Source of the DNA: Trichoplax adhaerens
Taxonomy: Eukaryota; Animalia; Placozoa
Direction: 5' to 3'
Length of the DNA stretch: 64,000 nucleotides
Assembly: GCF_000150275.1 (NCBI RefSeq)
Contig: NW_002060947.1
Coordinates: forward strand, 1,674,809-1,738,808
Of this stretch, positions 24,831-39,700 are shown piece by piece. The number at the start of each line of letters is the position of its first letter. Position 1 is the stretch's first letter. The notes under the pieces are model-generated. The model saw only the letters and a program-made list of their open reading frames with translations, was not told where the DNA came from and ran no database searches. The position numbers and the translations under genes are program-made.

Positions 24831-27800
24831 ATTATGTGCATCGAAGTTTACTAAAAATTATGTAATTCATTTTTGATAACACCATCTTGTTTACTAATTA
24901 CTTGTTAGTCAAGAATCTGTATAATACAGAATGGCCACATGGTTATTAACGTTGCAATGAAAACATTATGCTGTAAACTGTCTTACTGTACATTAAATGA
25001 CATTTGTTGTTCATACATGGCAATCTTTCTTGGTTGCATAAGTTGTAACCTGACCATAGTTTCGTAGCTACATGATGACGTACAGGACGATTCGTTTAAG
25101 GTAGAAGTCAATATGCATGATGCTTTATCAATGACTTTATCAATGATAATACGACTACCCAACTGCCTATCGGTTATTTAAGCAGTTGTTATTCGTATAT
25201 TATTACTATATCATCAGCTTGCTTGCAATTTTAATTAAATTGTCTCCTGCATTGATATTATTAATGAATTATAAATACGTTGACACAGTGCTACTTTCAG
25301 CTTACTATGCTGTCTGCAAATCGTAAATTCTTAGTTAGGAACATGATTAGATCATACGACATCACACTTAGTATGCTGTCTTTCCCCAATAATTGCAGAC
25401 ACTTTGATAGAGTAAGTGAAACTAAGCTTACAATTTATTACTACCTGTTATGTTTTTATGACCGAATAGCAGGAGCCAATAAATATTTGAAAACCAGTAA
25501 TGAGCCTAACTTATATTTAGATGTCAATAACAAATAATATAATACTAGTTTACTTTACATTTCTATTTGCTTGATATTATAATATCCATTTACTACTCTC
25601 TTGAAAGCCCTATAATGTTGGAGAAGAAGCGAGAAAAAGCTACCCAACTAGCTAGACACCACTTTCAGAAATGGATTCTACTTTCTAACATGATGCCGTT
25701 TTTTTCTGATATTTATTTCACAACAATAGCCGCTTTATTGCCAAGAGATCCCAGTGTCGTCAGTATACGATACAAGTCGCTAATTATCTAGTTTGGAAAA
25801 CGTTCCTGTATTTAAACTCATCCAATAGATCTTTTTCATCAATTTAAAATAATACAAATAGCAGTTCCCAAATGTATCCAAAATATAACTTTTAATGCTG
25901 CCATCGTACACTTTTTATGCTTTCTATCTAAATAATTCAAAATTTGTTTCACTTTACTTTTATGCGCTTTAATACTCATGCAAGTAAAATTAATCTTAAA
26001 ACCGATGGTAACAGTAATGCTTTCCTACACCAAAATCGGAAGAAAGTGCAATTTTGGTTACTTTTAAACTGAATAGATTGCAGCAATTTACGTTAATTTC
26101 ATACACGCTATAACGTTGTAGTTACAACAACAGAGTTGTATAACGTTTGCATATTTCTTTGGCTTTATTATATAATATACTAAATTAGCCTCTCTTAGTT
26201 CGATACTACTAATATCGCTATACACGTATATGTACTACATTTATTCATTTTACTCGTAAAGTAGTAGGTATGCTACGGTCAATCCCGGGAATGACCGAAT
26301 AACATTTATACCTAAAACAGATTACTTTACAGTTAAAAGGACTTTAATAGGCATGATTGATCGATACTATCTTTGATCATCTAATACAATTCATTATTAT
26401 GATAAACTTATGAAACAGGAAAGACTTGCAATATATCACTGCTGATCCATCAAATCATCCTAATAAAATTGAATCACTTAATAATATTGCAACTGAAGCT
26501 TAGTATGAAATCACTACATTTATGCAATATAAATCCGTAGAAAGTTATTGAAAATTAATTAATAAATCAGTTAGCCATTTCATACTTTTTTATTGCAAGT
26601 AGTTAAGAATAATTTATGAAGCGATGTTAGTATTCAGTTTACATCTAGAAAGGAACAATGACAGTAGTCCTTATATATGAACTTATTCATGGCTTAATCG
26701 TTGTACAATCGTCATTTTCGAGATTGTAATCGTAGCTTGAGCTAAAAACTTTCTCCCTTGCCGTCATAACTATGTAGAATAATACTACATTGGTATAATT
26801 TTTACTTCATCATCTACTGAATACGATCACCTTCTCGTAATAATAGTATAGAATTTCAAAAGGAACTATGAAATTAACATATACTACGTATATCCTGTGC
26901 GTGATATTTCAAGGCGCAATTGGGAAAATCCGTCGAGGATCAAAAGGCAAGTTTTTACTTGTTAGATGCAAATTATATCTTACAAGTTCTTGATGAATCA
27001 CCATCACGGCATTTCCAATTAAAATCTATAAATTTCCTTAGGAATACATCGCTTATTTCAAGGATAAATTCGTTGATCATATTTGGCGACAATTCAAATC
27101 AATACACGCACATTCCAATCCGATGTCGTAACAAAATAGCGCAATCACAAAATTATTCTCTGAATTCTCGGAATTAACCAGTTAGACTGTATTAAACATT
27201 GCCCATTGAAATCCTAGCTGTCTCTATCATACAGCTTATCCTTATTTCGTATAACTCAGGGTTTCACTTAATTCTCTGTGAAAGAAAGTCAGAGTAGGAA
27301 TCTTTCCTAATGGATAATTATAATCAGCATAAAGTAACTTCAAAATAGATTTCTTTCCTTACTGCAAGTTATGTAATAGTATTTACAACTTCCTTCTTAT
27401 CTAATCCGAAATCGACGTCGATGACAGCTTGTTCAGTCCGACTCCTATCCAAAATTCGACATAGGGATAATACAAAGAAGCTGTTTTGCTATTCTATTGA
27501 GAAATTTTAAATATGATTTTGTTTGCTTTAGAAAATGTAAACTCTTTTATAAGTATGGAGAAGCATCATACCATTCACAGCGATCAGGTGTAAGGGAAGT
27601 GAAAATAGAACTGTCCAATGAACAGCAAATGTAATCATAAAGTTATCAACATTTTTGAATTCGTATCAGTATTTGCGTCAGGATTTTTCAGTCTAAAGAC
27701 AAATCAAAGGTTTCATAAAGCTTCTGATTACTTATTTATTATAAAGCCAGATACGCACTGAAATTGACTCTTTCACTCAAATTGAAGGTCAAAGCAGCCA

Positions 27801-28579
27801 TATCACAAGCAATCTTTACAGATTAATAATTTTAATAAAATAACTACAGAACATAAAAGACTATTTCTTGCTACAACCTATGAATAAATGGATACTGTCT
27901 CCAGTATAGCAATAACGCAAGAAATAACTTGCTATTCTGGCACGAAAGTTGTAATAAAATCTACTTTATAGCTCATAAAACAATATGATCTCTCATATCT
28001 AAAAGGGCTTGATATTATCTTAAGCGATTTAGTAACGACAATGAAATAAGTCTACTTTAAGGCTTCAAATGCTACAGAGTTGCATACGACTGTTTTCTTA
28101 AAAATTATAACTAAGGAAATTCCAATCTCCTAGAATGTATAAATCGACATGTTGGTATAGTGCTAACCTAGGCTTTCTTCACATAGTTGCCAGTTTATCA
28201 TCAGAAATGATCTGTTGGTTTAGAAAACAGAAATACTAACGACAGTAATTCCAAATTGAACTACCTCGATAGGGTAAATAACATCCAATATCCAAATATG
28301 GCTAAAACATGAAAGGAAATAATTACTATAAAACTTACAGCATCACTTCTTTTCTACAACTCGCTGCAACGTTTTAGTCATCAAAATTTATAATTATAAT
28401 CTATCTATCATGTTTCCTCAACAATTCGATGGATTGCATTACTTTACTAATCAACAGCATCTCTTTTCCAACAATCTATCACCCCAGCAGTCTAATTCGT
28501 TTACCGTTTCATTTTAGAACTCGATGCAAAATGTTTTAATTCTATGACGATCTGCATTACCCTTTTTGGACAAATTATA

Positions 28580-30020
28580 ATTATTATTTCCTCGTGATAG
28601 CGAGGATAACTAAATTGCGATGAAAAATAGACTGAGTTGATGCGCTCAACTGTCCATATTTCCTCCTCTTTATAAAACTACTATATCGTTAAACTACTTG
28701 AGTAAATGAATTTATTTATATGCGCATAGCTGTCTCTATTTTCTCTTCTATGTAAAATTGCTTTCGTAAATGAACTGATATTTAAGCACCGAGCTGTCAC
28801 TGTTTCCTCTACTCTATAAAACCCCTCGGTCGTTAAATTGGTTCGATGCTCAAACCAATTTTTATGTACCCAGATATCTTTGTTTCCTCATTTCTATAAA
28901 ATTGCTTGAAAAATAAACCAATTTGTATGCATCTAGCTATCTCTTATTCTTCTCCGTAATATTACTCTATCGTTAAATTGTTACGGTAAGTGAACTGATT
29001 TTTAAGTAACTAACAGTCTCTACTTCCTCTTCTCTATAAAATTACTCTATGGTTAAATTGTTATGATACTATACATGAACCGATAGTCATATACCAAACC
29101 GCCTCTATTTTGTCTTCCCCATCAAATTACTCTATCGCTAAATTGCTAGGTTAGGTGAACTAAATTTATGCTTGCAAACATCTCTATTTTATCTTCCCTA
29201 CAAGATTACTCTTTCGTGAAATTGCTTAGATAAATAAACTAAATTTTATGCCTCCAGATGTCTCTATTTCGTTTTCCCCATTAAATTATTTTATCCTTAA
29301 ATTGCTTGAGTAAATTAAACGGAAGTTTATTCCAAAAATCGATATCGTTTTCCCTATAACATTACAGTTTCAGTATTAAACTGCCTGGGTAGATGAACTG
29401 AATTTTTTATGCCTCAAAATATCTCTATTTTGTCTTCTGTATAAAATTACTCTTTCGTTATATTGCTTAAGTAGATGCACTGAATTTAATGCATCCAGAT
29501 GTCTCTATTTTATTTCTCTATAAAATTACTCTATCGTTAAATATCTTGGGTAAGTGAACCGAATCTTGTCTCTCCAGATGTCCCTATTTCATTTTCTCCA
29601 TTAAATTACTCTATCGTTCAATCGCTTGAGTAATGAATTAAATTTTATGCCTCCAGATGTCTGTATTTCGTCATCTTCATAAAATAACTCTGTTGTTAAA
29701 TTGCTACGGTGCATGAACTGAATTTTATGCCTCCAGACATCTCTAATTTGTCTTCTTCATAACATGACACGATCATTAAATTGCTACGGTACATGAACTG
29801 ATTATTGTGTTCTAAACTATTTCGAATTCGTTTTCTCTATCAGATTATTCTATCATTAAATTGCTTAAGTGAATGAAGTGAATTTTATGCATCCAAATGT
29901 CTTTATTTCGTCTTCTCCATCAAATAAACCTTACCGTTAAATTGCTCTGGCAAATGAACAGGTTTTTATACATTAAAAAGTCTTGATCTCCTCTTACTAT
30001 CAATTACTCTATCTTTAAGT
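28580..30020. repeat. Old diverged satellite, ~80-bp unit, ~18 copies
   Basis: Consensus ATTACTCTATCGTTAAATTGCT..GTAAGTGAACTGAATTTTATGCCTCCAGATGTCTCTATTT..CTTCTCTATAAA recurs at about 28961, 29041, 29126, 29205, 29285, 29446, 29526, 29605 ... 30003, with many substitutions. Confidence 0.92.
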
Positions 30021-32156
30021 CTTAGAGAGTTTAAATACTTTTCGTTTCGTGAAACAGCTTAAAGCAATACTTTAATTTCATGACTGTCTGTATTATTTCT
30101 TGTTTATAAACTAACGCTATCAATATAATCATGGATAGTTTAATTCATCTATTGTTATGGTTAAACAGCTCAATAAATACTTTCATGCTATAATAGCTAA
30201 TATCATTCGTCCCGTAAAAACTACCATCATCATATCTACGGCCAATTTAATTTCGTCCATCATTTCATTACGCAGTTCAGGGTAAAAAATTAATTTATCA
30301 AGTACATGGAGTGCTTTTTCTCTTATATTTAAGCTACTCCTATCTTGCAATCATGACGAGTTCAATTTATCGATCGTCCGTCACCAATTTCAGTACAATC
30401 CACTAATTTTATAGTAGTGTATTAGCTCTTCCTTTACCAATCACTCAATCATTACAGCCATAACCAGCTTAATTTATCTCTCATTTGAGCTAGATATAAA
30501 CTAATGACAATTCGATGCCATGTATTAATCCTACATGTTAGGCCATCATATCTTAGGCAGAAAGATTCATCTTCTTCCTATCGTTATCATTGATTGTTCA
30601 TTGTCCATTACAATCTTCATGCCAACTACTTATTCGAATCAACTCTATCGATTGATTCCTACACTGGTATGAAATAGAAATGATTTTCGCATCATTTCTA
30701 GATCGCAATAAATTTAACAGCAATTAAGTGCTATACTAATTTTTTTTTATTCTATCGGTCTCCTTTAATAATTATGTGTTTAATATAGAAAAAAATATCA
30801 ACTTACTATGGTAAATTTTATCTTTATACAATTATCAACTAACTGTGTTTTCAATCCTTCTATATTAATGCAGTATGCGTAAAATTGAAATTCTTTCTTA
30901 TTGGATATTACTATTTTTAGTGATCATTTTGAATGGAATTGAATTTCCCATATTAGAAGCAGTTATTCACTGTGCTTGAAATTCTATTTCAATTTACCAT
31001 TATTATCCATTATATCCATCTCTAAATTGCAATCCCTAATTAGTCAATAATATTCTCAGTTATTCCATATATAATACATCGTGCCATATTTAATATTGCG
31101 TTGGTTTCAGCTGATTTTTCGAAATGAATTCCAATTTACAAATTATTTTTCGAAGGAATTCTCTCTATTTTACCAGTTGGAGATCATGATCAAAACAATA
31201 ATTGTAGTATATAGTTAAATGATTATTCTATGAGAAACCCCACCCAAAGCTCCATCGCTATTCTATAACTAAATTAAGATATAAAATAAGCTACCTAACA
31301 GACATGCGGTTATGATTTCAAATTATGTCGTTGAAGAATACAGTATACCTGGCTATCCACTGTAGTTAGCTACGACTATAAAAACTATTGTTCACTGGAA
31401 AGAATGAGGAATTATGGGTCATTTATAAGAATCTATATATTATTATTTGTCCTTTCATACTGATCTCATTCATGGGAAAAGCTATTAAAGCAGTAACATC
31501 ATGAACAACCTCCAGATCTAAAAAACCGTCACAGAAACCGACTCAACTGTTACTAAAGCTCATTTCTCGAATTATCAATTCTACCCAATTGGACAAGTAA
31601 GTTGTAAATTTGAAAGATGTCGGATACTACCTCATGCTTTACGATAATAAGATCGGTTATTTTTTCACTCTGAGTCATGATAGAAATTACTTTCATTAAT
31701 TTCCATGAATAAACTCATCTCATACTAATAAATTATGTATTATAGTCCTTGAAATTGATTCGTCAAGTTCATTTACCTTGGATACAAAGATAACTCGGAA
31801 AAAAAGTATAAGCTAAAGCATTATACGCATAACTACTTCTGTATTATCTCAATCTTTCATTGATTTATTTCTCTTGAACAGAATAAGAGGTCTCTATTAA
31901 CATTGGGCATCGCCAAGAAAAAAAAATACAAGCTATAATTTTTGGTGTGGTTCGCCGACTTTTTTCATCACAGGTTAGTTCTTTAACGCTAAGTTAAGAT
32001 AAAGTAACTAGAGTCATTATTACTCTAGGATGTCCTTTTTCAAACTTAAAGAAATAGTGATTATAACAAGGTAATTTATACAATCATGCTTATTGCTCTT
32101 AAGAAATAAGCAAATATTCGAGACTAAAAGCGTTCGTATAAAGCATTACTCCTATA

Positions 32157-33765
32157 GATATTGCCTAATACTTGCAATATAAAAGACTGTCAGTAAGGCG
32201 ATGACCATGAATCTAGCAATTATTTTTTTCTTCTCATTTTTTGTACAACGATGATTATGATTGATGATAGTTATTGTTTGCCAAGCACGTTGGTTATTAA
32301 TAGATTTTAACTTGAATTTTTGCCCATTTCGGTATTTTACAATGTGGGATGGGTTACTATTATTGCACTATATAAGAAAATTTAATGCTTAGGGGGTGGT
32401 ATGGCCAGACGAATATAACCAATAAGTATTTGCAAAATTTTTGTTCCCAACCTTTCAGTTGAAATATTAGTTGAACGCTATTATACAATTAAAATATTTC
32501 AGGCGGCTATGGAGTCGAAGATATTAGCGTATTGATAATCATCAGTTACGATCATTCCGGCAGCTTCTAAAGCATCTAAACTGATGAGAGTCTAGTTGAT
32601 TTGAAGATCGAAGGCTAATTAAGTTAACCCCTGAAATTGGTAGAATGATTAGTATCAATATAATTTCTGTTACGTCTGAGATATTTCGACCAAATTTTAG
32701 CGTTGACATTCACTGTTCGACCATTTGTGGGTTAAAACCAATCTATTCACGATTTATAATTAAAAAAAGTAATTAAATGCAGGAAGAAGCGGATTAACCG
32801 CTTTATTGGCGATCCTACGCTATAATGGACAATCATAACTATCGCCACATCCTTGCATATCAAGAAGCAGCCAAAAGGTAGCAATTCTACTCAGATTCCT
32901 ACTAGATTGATTAAATAGAGATGTAGAAGTGCATGATAGGTATATTAGCTGGACGCAGAGAGAATACTGTCAGACGGAACACGGGCAATCATCCAAATTA
33001 CTCGTCTTTAACTTTTAAACAATCTATAGAACTACAAAATTTTCTCATCAATTGAAATAATAGGACCAAAAGTGACTGGCAGAAGTGATGTCTCTGAATT
33101 AAAACAAAAAATGTGACATAAATTGCAGATCAAAAAGTTAATTTATGTAAAATATGCGCTATATCATACGGGAATAGATAGACCAAGTACTAATTTGGAC
33201 TAGTGGAATACACCTCGGTCAAATAGTTGCAAAGGAATTGTTAGAATGCATCTAATTTGTCTTTCTAATTATAGTCGGTTTGGAAATTTGAACATTGAAT
33301 ACGATATAGTTATGCAGATATAGTAGCTTGGTTTAGAGTCAATAAAAATAGTCGCCAACGAAATTAATTTGCCACCCATGATTGAACTTAATATCATCTA
33401 CGTACTATTAGCTATTTAATTGATTTGTTGACATAGTTTAACAGCATATTTCCTGCTTCACTCCTCGATCTTATACTAAAAAATGTTTGAACAACTTTCA
33501 AGGCATTTTTTTTGTCCTTAGCTCATATTCATCTCGTATCTTGTTGATAATCCATAAATTTGAGATGTTATTTCAAAGAAATGGATGCTGTATTTCTTCC
33601 TTTATTGAATCAGTGATGCATGAAATCTTTGTAATGATAAACCAATGAATTCTAGTCGTCTAGTTGGAAGTAAGCAAATTTGTTGTAATCTGATCAACTA
33701 TTCAGACACATGGCATTTTTGAGGATCACGAATACAAAATGGAGATTGTCCGCTTGGATAATAGA
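32157..33765 (+). pseudogene. Probable decayed PC-esterase/NXPE-like (SGNH) acyl-esterase pseudogene
   Basis: Acceptor-bounded fragments occur in the family motif order: ILPNTCNIKDC (32158), KKRINRFIGDPTL* (32783, GDS-like), IDQVLIWTSGIHLG (33178) and DTWHF* (33706, DxxH-like), with in-frame stops. Recognised by motif only. Confidence 0.4.
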
Positions 33766-36700
33766 AGATAGATTGTAATCATTATATTAAGGTCAATATC
33801 CTTTGAAAAATTGTCGACTAGTAAATGAAACAAAAAAATGGAAATGATTCAGAAAATAATAATTATTTAAACTTCATTCAACATCGACAGATTTCATAGA
33901 GTAGGAACGATTATATTAGGCAACGCATTTTCTCTATCACCTTTATTACCATGACTGCAATACTTTGCACCAATAAAATTGTAATTGAAAGTAATAACAC
34001 ACAATTGTCCTTGATTCACAAAAAAAGGATTGATGAATTTTCTATACTTTTACCTTTTCTATTACTATCAACGTTTATCATCTTACGTCAAGTTTGGTTG
34101 CATCTATTATCACTATAGATAGTCAATGAGGAATATCTTTTAGGTAATATAGAGTAGAAATTATGCAGTGATTATAAAAACTCTCAATATTATTATCCCG
34201 AATCTAGTTTTAGCGGTATCAAATTTAATTAAGCCACTATGACTGCAAAATGGCCGAAATCTGCAAATGTCTTTTCTATCATGACATTTAGAATGCATCC
34301 CTTTTCCTCCCTTACTCATTATTATACTATAGGGAAGTATTTTTAATGTCTACTTTTATAGAAACATAAATGATGGTAGTAGGGACAATGTCCCTTCTAG
34401 CTATACAGAACCGTTAATTAATTAGTAATAATTAAATAGGCAAAGCTGTAAGATCGTTAAAGGAGAGTTGTGAACGTGATGATAAAAATAATAGTAATGA
34501 TACACATTAAAGTTCAGCTATAATATGCCTATACCCTTCCGTATATAGCGAGCAATTATTTTAACCGCGGGTAAAAGTGATTCTATTTTTCCAACTAGTC
34601 TGTAAAAAGCTATATTATCCATGAATGTAGTAGAAAATATTCTATAATCATGTTTCTATCTTGGATAATTTTGCAATCATTTGTTACATCGTGACCTTCT
34701 CATAAATATCGTTCATCCAAGAAATTCTATATTTCGTTACCAACAAAGCCATCTGGTAGTCCTAACTAGTCTTTGGTGTATTTCTATGACAAGGTTTTAA
34801 AAAATTGTTTCATCAGATTCGGTTTCATAATTACTCGTTCTACAGTAATTATTCCACGTTCTTGTCTAGCGATTTCTCTTATTAGATAGAGCAATTAGTA
34901 GATTGTTAATATAAAGAATACTGATGTTGGTATCAAATTGTATTTTACCTATTACTTTTTCATTACAATGATTAGCTCACGGACTATATTATTTACCGTA
35001 TTATAAGCCCGCTAAATGTACCATATTATATAAAAATGCTGATAATTACTTCATTATCTTAAACGAAATTTTGAAGAAAAAGTTAATTGTTTACAAAAAG
35101 AACAAGATAGTCTTATGAGTAATTCATTCAACAAATGACTATTTGCTAGGTCTAATTTAGAATATTCAATAGCTATAAACATAAATTATTTCGACACCAT
35201 ATGGCATATTTACTATAGCACTGACTTCTAGTAAGTAATTTTTAATGCGAATATTTTACTTGGAGTAAGATTTCAAAAGATCATGACATAGATTTTCATT
35301 AATTCATAACTTTTACCAATATTCATATTTAATCATATAAACTCAAGTAGGGGTTTTTTCCATCTTTAACGAAATACCGGATAACTTTTCCCTAAAATGA
35401 GGTGTATCATCAACTGTGCGGTAGTAAACTTCATCACTACAATAGTAATTATATAGTAGTTTAAAGGAGATGAAATGCTATCAAATCCTCTTCATATCGA
35501 GTTGCTTCAAGTTAATATTGGAATAGAATATAAAAAAATAATCTTCTTGGTAATTTACGGTACCACTTTAAAATAGTGCTTATGTAGGATTAGTAGAGCA
35601 AAGTTACTTAAACATCCTGTCTTAAAATCTACACTCATTGACTGCATTTTAAAATATTAAGTAAGTATACTCTATGTATTTAATACGAACCTTGCAAAGG
35701 ATAATATTAATGAATACGCATCAAATAATATTAACCTACAGCACCTATATATACATATACGTAAATTAAGACAATACCATATTTATTGTTGGCATCGGCG
35801 ATTATTTCTATTACTGTTTTTGCCCGAATATGAGATGAATATTTTAAGGTTGTAACAGTAAAATAATTAAAAAGTTTATTCAGTCAGTCGAACGTTGATG
35901 CTAAGTTTGTTTTTCCTTTATTAAGATAAATGTTCAACTACTATTTTAACATGAATAGATGTTGAACAATTCAACTAAGGTACTGTAGTAGACCTGATCA
36001 TCTATGATGACATTTTCTACAGTCTCTTAGGGATTAAATCTATTACGTTATCTTAAAATTCTAAGACCAAATAAATGTAGCAAATACGCCATCTATGTTC
36101 GAGTGCATTTATCATGTCATCAACTAGAACTTATATAAAGTTGGCGATATCGTTTCTAACTTACCACAAATGGCATATTTTAATTTATTGACTGCATAAC
36201 TAGATAAGTTTCCCACCAAGTGTAGTATATATAGGGCAATCAAGTAACGATTGCCACTATATTCAAAATTTATCATTGCGACATAACGAAAATTTGTATT
36301 CAATTACTATTTTACATATAACTATATTCCGGGCTTATTGCAATATGGCAATATTCAATTTTCAAACCAAAGTACAGACTGTAAAACTCATCGGAAGGGA
36401 AGCTAAATGCAGATAAAATTTTAAGTTTAGATACATTTGAAGCTTAAATTTGTTTAAAGTTTAATACATGTCGAAGTCTTCATTGTGCTGCATGTGAACT
36501 ACTATTTAGTATGCTAGTAATTATTTAAAGCTTTATTGAGGAAAGTAACGGAGCGATAATACATGCACTTATGTAACGGTATCCTAGAGGCTTATAAATG
36601 TCCATTAAAAATTTCCAGTAACTGTTTTAACGTTAATTTTAACGCGTTATTAGAGTTTACATCGTCAGCATATTTTTTTGAAAATCATTTCATCAAAGTC

Positions 36701-39700
36701 ATACAATCTTTCCTGTTCTAATTTATTGATACGTTCGAGGCTTATTGCAAAAATGAATCAATTCTAGGAGTAAATATTTCCTGAAATTCATGCTGAGTAC
36801 CTTTTAATGGGAAGTCACGATACTGATTGGAGCGATGTAGTATACAAAAGCATTTTATGCCGGTTTCTTCGCAGTTTTTATTTCATATTTCATCGCTGTG
36901 TTAATTTGGCGTTACAGCGAAGAAGGGATAAAATACAGCTTTCAATAATTTCTGGAAAGCACTGAAATACTGTATTGGATAATTCAAATGCTAATTTGCG
37001 ATAATACTTTACATTGGTTACTTACAGCAAGAATTGATTACACCACACTCTGGAACAGATATAATTGGAGGAATGATACGTGACATAAAACCATGGTATT
37101 TTGAAATATGCAGTAGATAGGCATACATATAAATATGCAAATGTGAATCATTTTAATATGATCTATGAAAAATTTGAAAAGCCATACCATTTGTTAAAGT
37201 ATAAGGGACCTATATCCTATCGTACAGTGCACTCCTAAAATAACGTTCATAGTAAGTCCAAATGATATTGAGATATACTTTCGTTCTATTCGTGCATGTA
37301 CGGGTAAAATACCGTATAGGCAGGTAATTGAATAACAGTTATAGCAAAATTTATAGAACTTATTTATTAGAGACTATTCTATGCATAGTATACAGCATAG
37401 AGTATACTGTACAATGTACATGAATGTTAATTGAGATTATTTCAGACAATTAAGCCAGAAATCGTAATGCTGACCAGTTAAGTACTGTAAATCTATGTAA
37501 TCTATTTCGAAGTACTCGAATATTAGTGTTATTCAATCGACATTTTATATGTATTAGGCCTTATTGTGGTATCCCTTAATGTCGTTCTCATCGAATATCA
37601 TTGCCGTATATGCCTACACACGAAGCTAAAGCTTCGCGGATAGTACATGCTGTATTGTCTACTATCTGTGTCTTCATGCGGTATATATGGTTTCAATAAT
37701 TAGGATTAGAATTAATCAATGAAGGAAAAGTGATAGCTATATCTGGTTGCGAACATGTCATAATAAGTATTGAGTAGGTAGGGATTGGGTTTATGTACGC
37801 AATGCCACCTCATGTATGGAGTTGCTGATTGTCTGGGGAACAAAATTCCTGTTAAAATTATACGTCTAAGTGAGCCGCTTTTACTATAAAAACAATATTT
37901 TTACTATTGTATATCAATTTCTTACTACTATTATTGTTGGCAATATCTGCTGTTAGGCACAAGTCGTGATGAAATTAATAACGAATATTAAGTGTATTAT
38001 ATATTTAGTGTTTTTAACATGTATTGCAGTGTCGTTGATTTGACAAGTCTGGTAAAATAACCACTCGTATTACCGAACGATCATAATCATGATCCGTTCT
38101 TCTATAACATAAGCATAGCAATATACTGATCAAGATCTTGACTCTACTTAAGCCTCTTCAATACTCTCAACTATGTACTGACGATCATTTTAAAACAAGG
38201 TCCACTTTGATATTGGAGTTTCTATTGAGGAAATAATCTGTGCGAACTTATAAATACCCTTTCGTCTAAACGATCACCTTGTACACTATGGTCTACGATA
38301 TTACTGTCAACAATACAGTACCATAATCCATGAACGATGTATGTGTCAGAAATGTATATCACAATACTCTATCTATCTCGAAATATGTCTATAAATTTGC
38401 ATTGTCCTTAAAACGGCGTAGATATACAGTATGGGTTAAGTTGACAATGATGATTAATTTACTTAGTTGTAGTAGCTTTTGGCCCATAGGTTGACAACTT
38501 TTAGGCGGTGCTATACATATGGCACAGAGCAGTCCTACGTCAGTATTAGTAAGGAGCCATTGATTACTAAAAATGTCCTCGTCTTGTGCAATTTCATCGA
38601 TTCAAAGAGCTATTCGCGGTTACCCTACTTGGAATTCACTTTATTACAATTTTAATATTGGAAACGCAGTATTCCCGCTCTGTACTGTAAATTTATTCAT
38701 TTGTAATACACAAATCAACTTGGAATATGCATAACTTCTTTGAGTTCTCGTTTAATTAACTTGGGTAATCAAACTACAAATTGGGCGGGTTAAAAATGAC
38801 TCTTATTTATCTGATCCTATGCGGTACTGTAAGTTAGCGTACTGTTCAAACATGCAAGCATTGATATTACTTTGTTGTCATTTACTATCAACGATTAATA
38901 GTACTATACTCACAAGAGCATATGATCTTTGACCGTGAACCGTAATGCCCTTATGTATCACAACTAGATTACCACCTTCCTCCTTGACAAAATTGACATA
39001 ATTCTACGTAGGAGGTAGAAGAGCTAGCTAATATTTATATTACTATATATATATGATATTTCATTTTAATAATTCTATGTAATGGAAGCGTATTATGAAT
39101 AATATGCTAGGTTTTTTTGCTTTACTGATAACACTTACTGCATTGGAGAACTGTAATTAATTGTAGAAAGAATCGGCAACGAAATGGTGCTGTACAAAGA
39201 AATGCTATTGTAGTATGTAACGCATATTTCTAGTAGTCTATCGTACAAATCCAACTTTTTACACTTGAAGGATAATTAGACTCGATAAATACTCAGTGGT
39301 TAATAGTGAAATTCAAGTGGTATTTTGGCATTGAAGACAGCCTGTCGCCTGGTACTACGGTACAATGAAAATATACTTCATCAATTAGTATTTCGAGGGA
39401 TCTTTACAATGATGCTATTATTTCATTTTCGTTCACTATGCTGCATTATCACTGGGTAATGCGATACATGCATAGTTCTGATGCGCACTGTACGTTCGAT
39501 GTTGAGATATTTGTAATAGTAGAATTTTGATATCCGATTTTATTTTCATGGGTAAAAATAGCAGATTGAGATAAGCAAACTTTTACTTTGCCTTCAATAT
39601 CATCAACGAAGGGCAATTTCGAGCGTACAGTATATGTGGTTTTACCACATTCATAGTTTGCAATGCCCATTTCCGTACAGTTAAAGCAGTATCCATGAGC

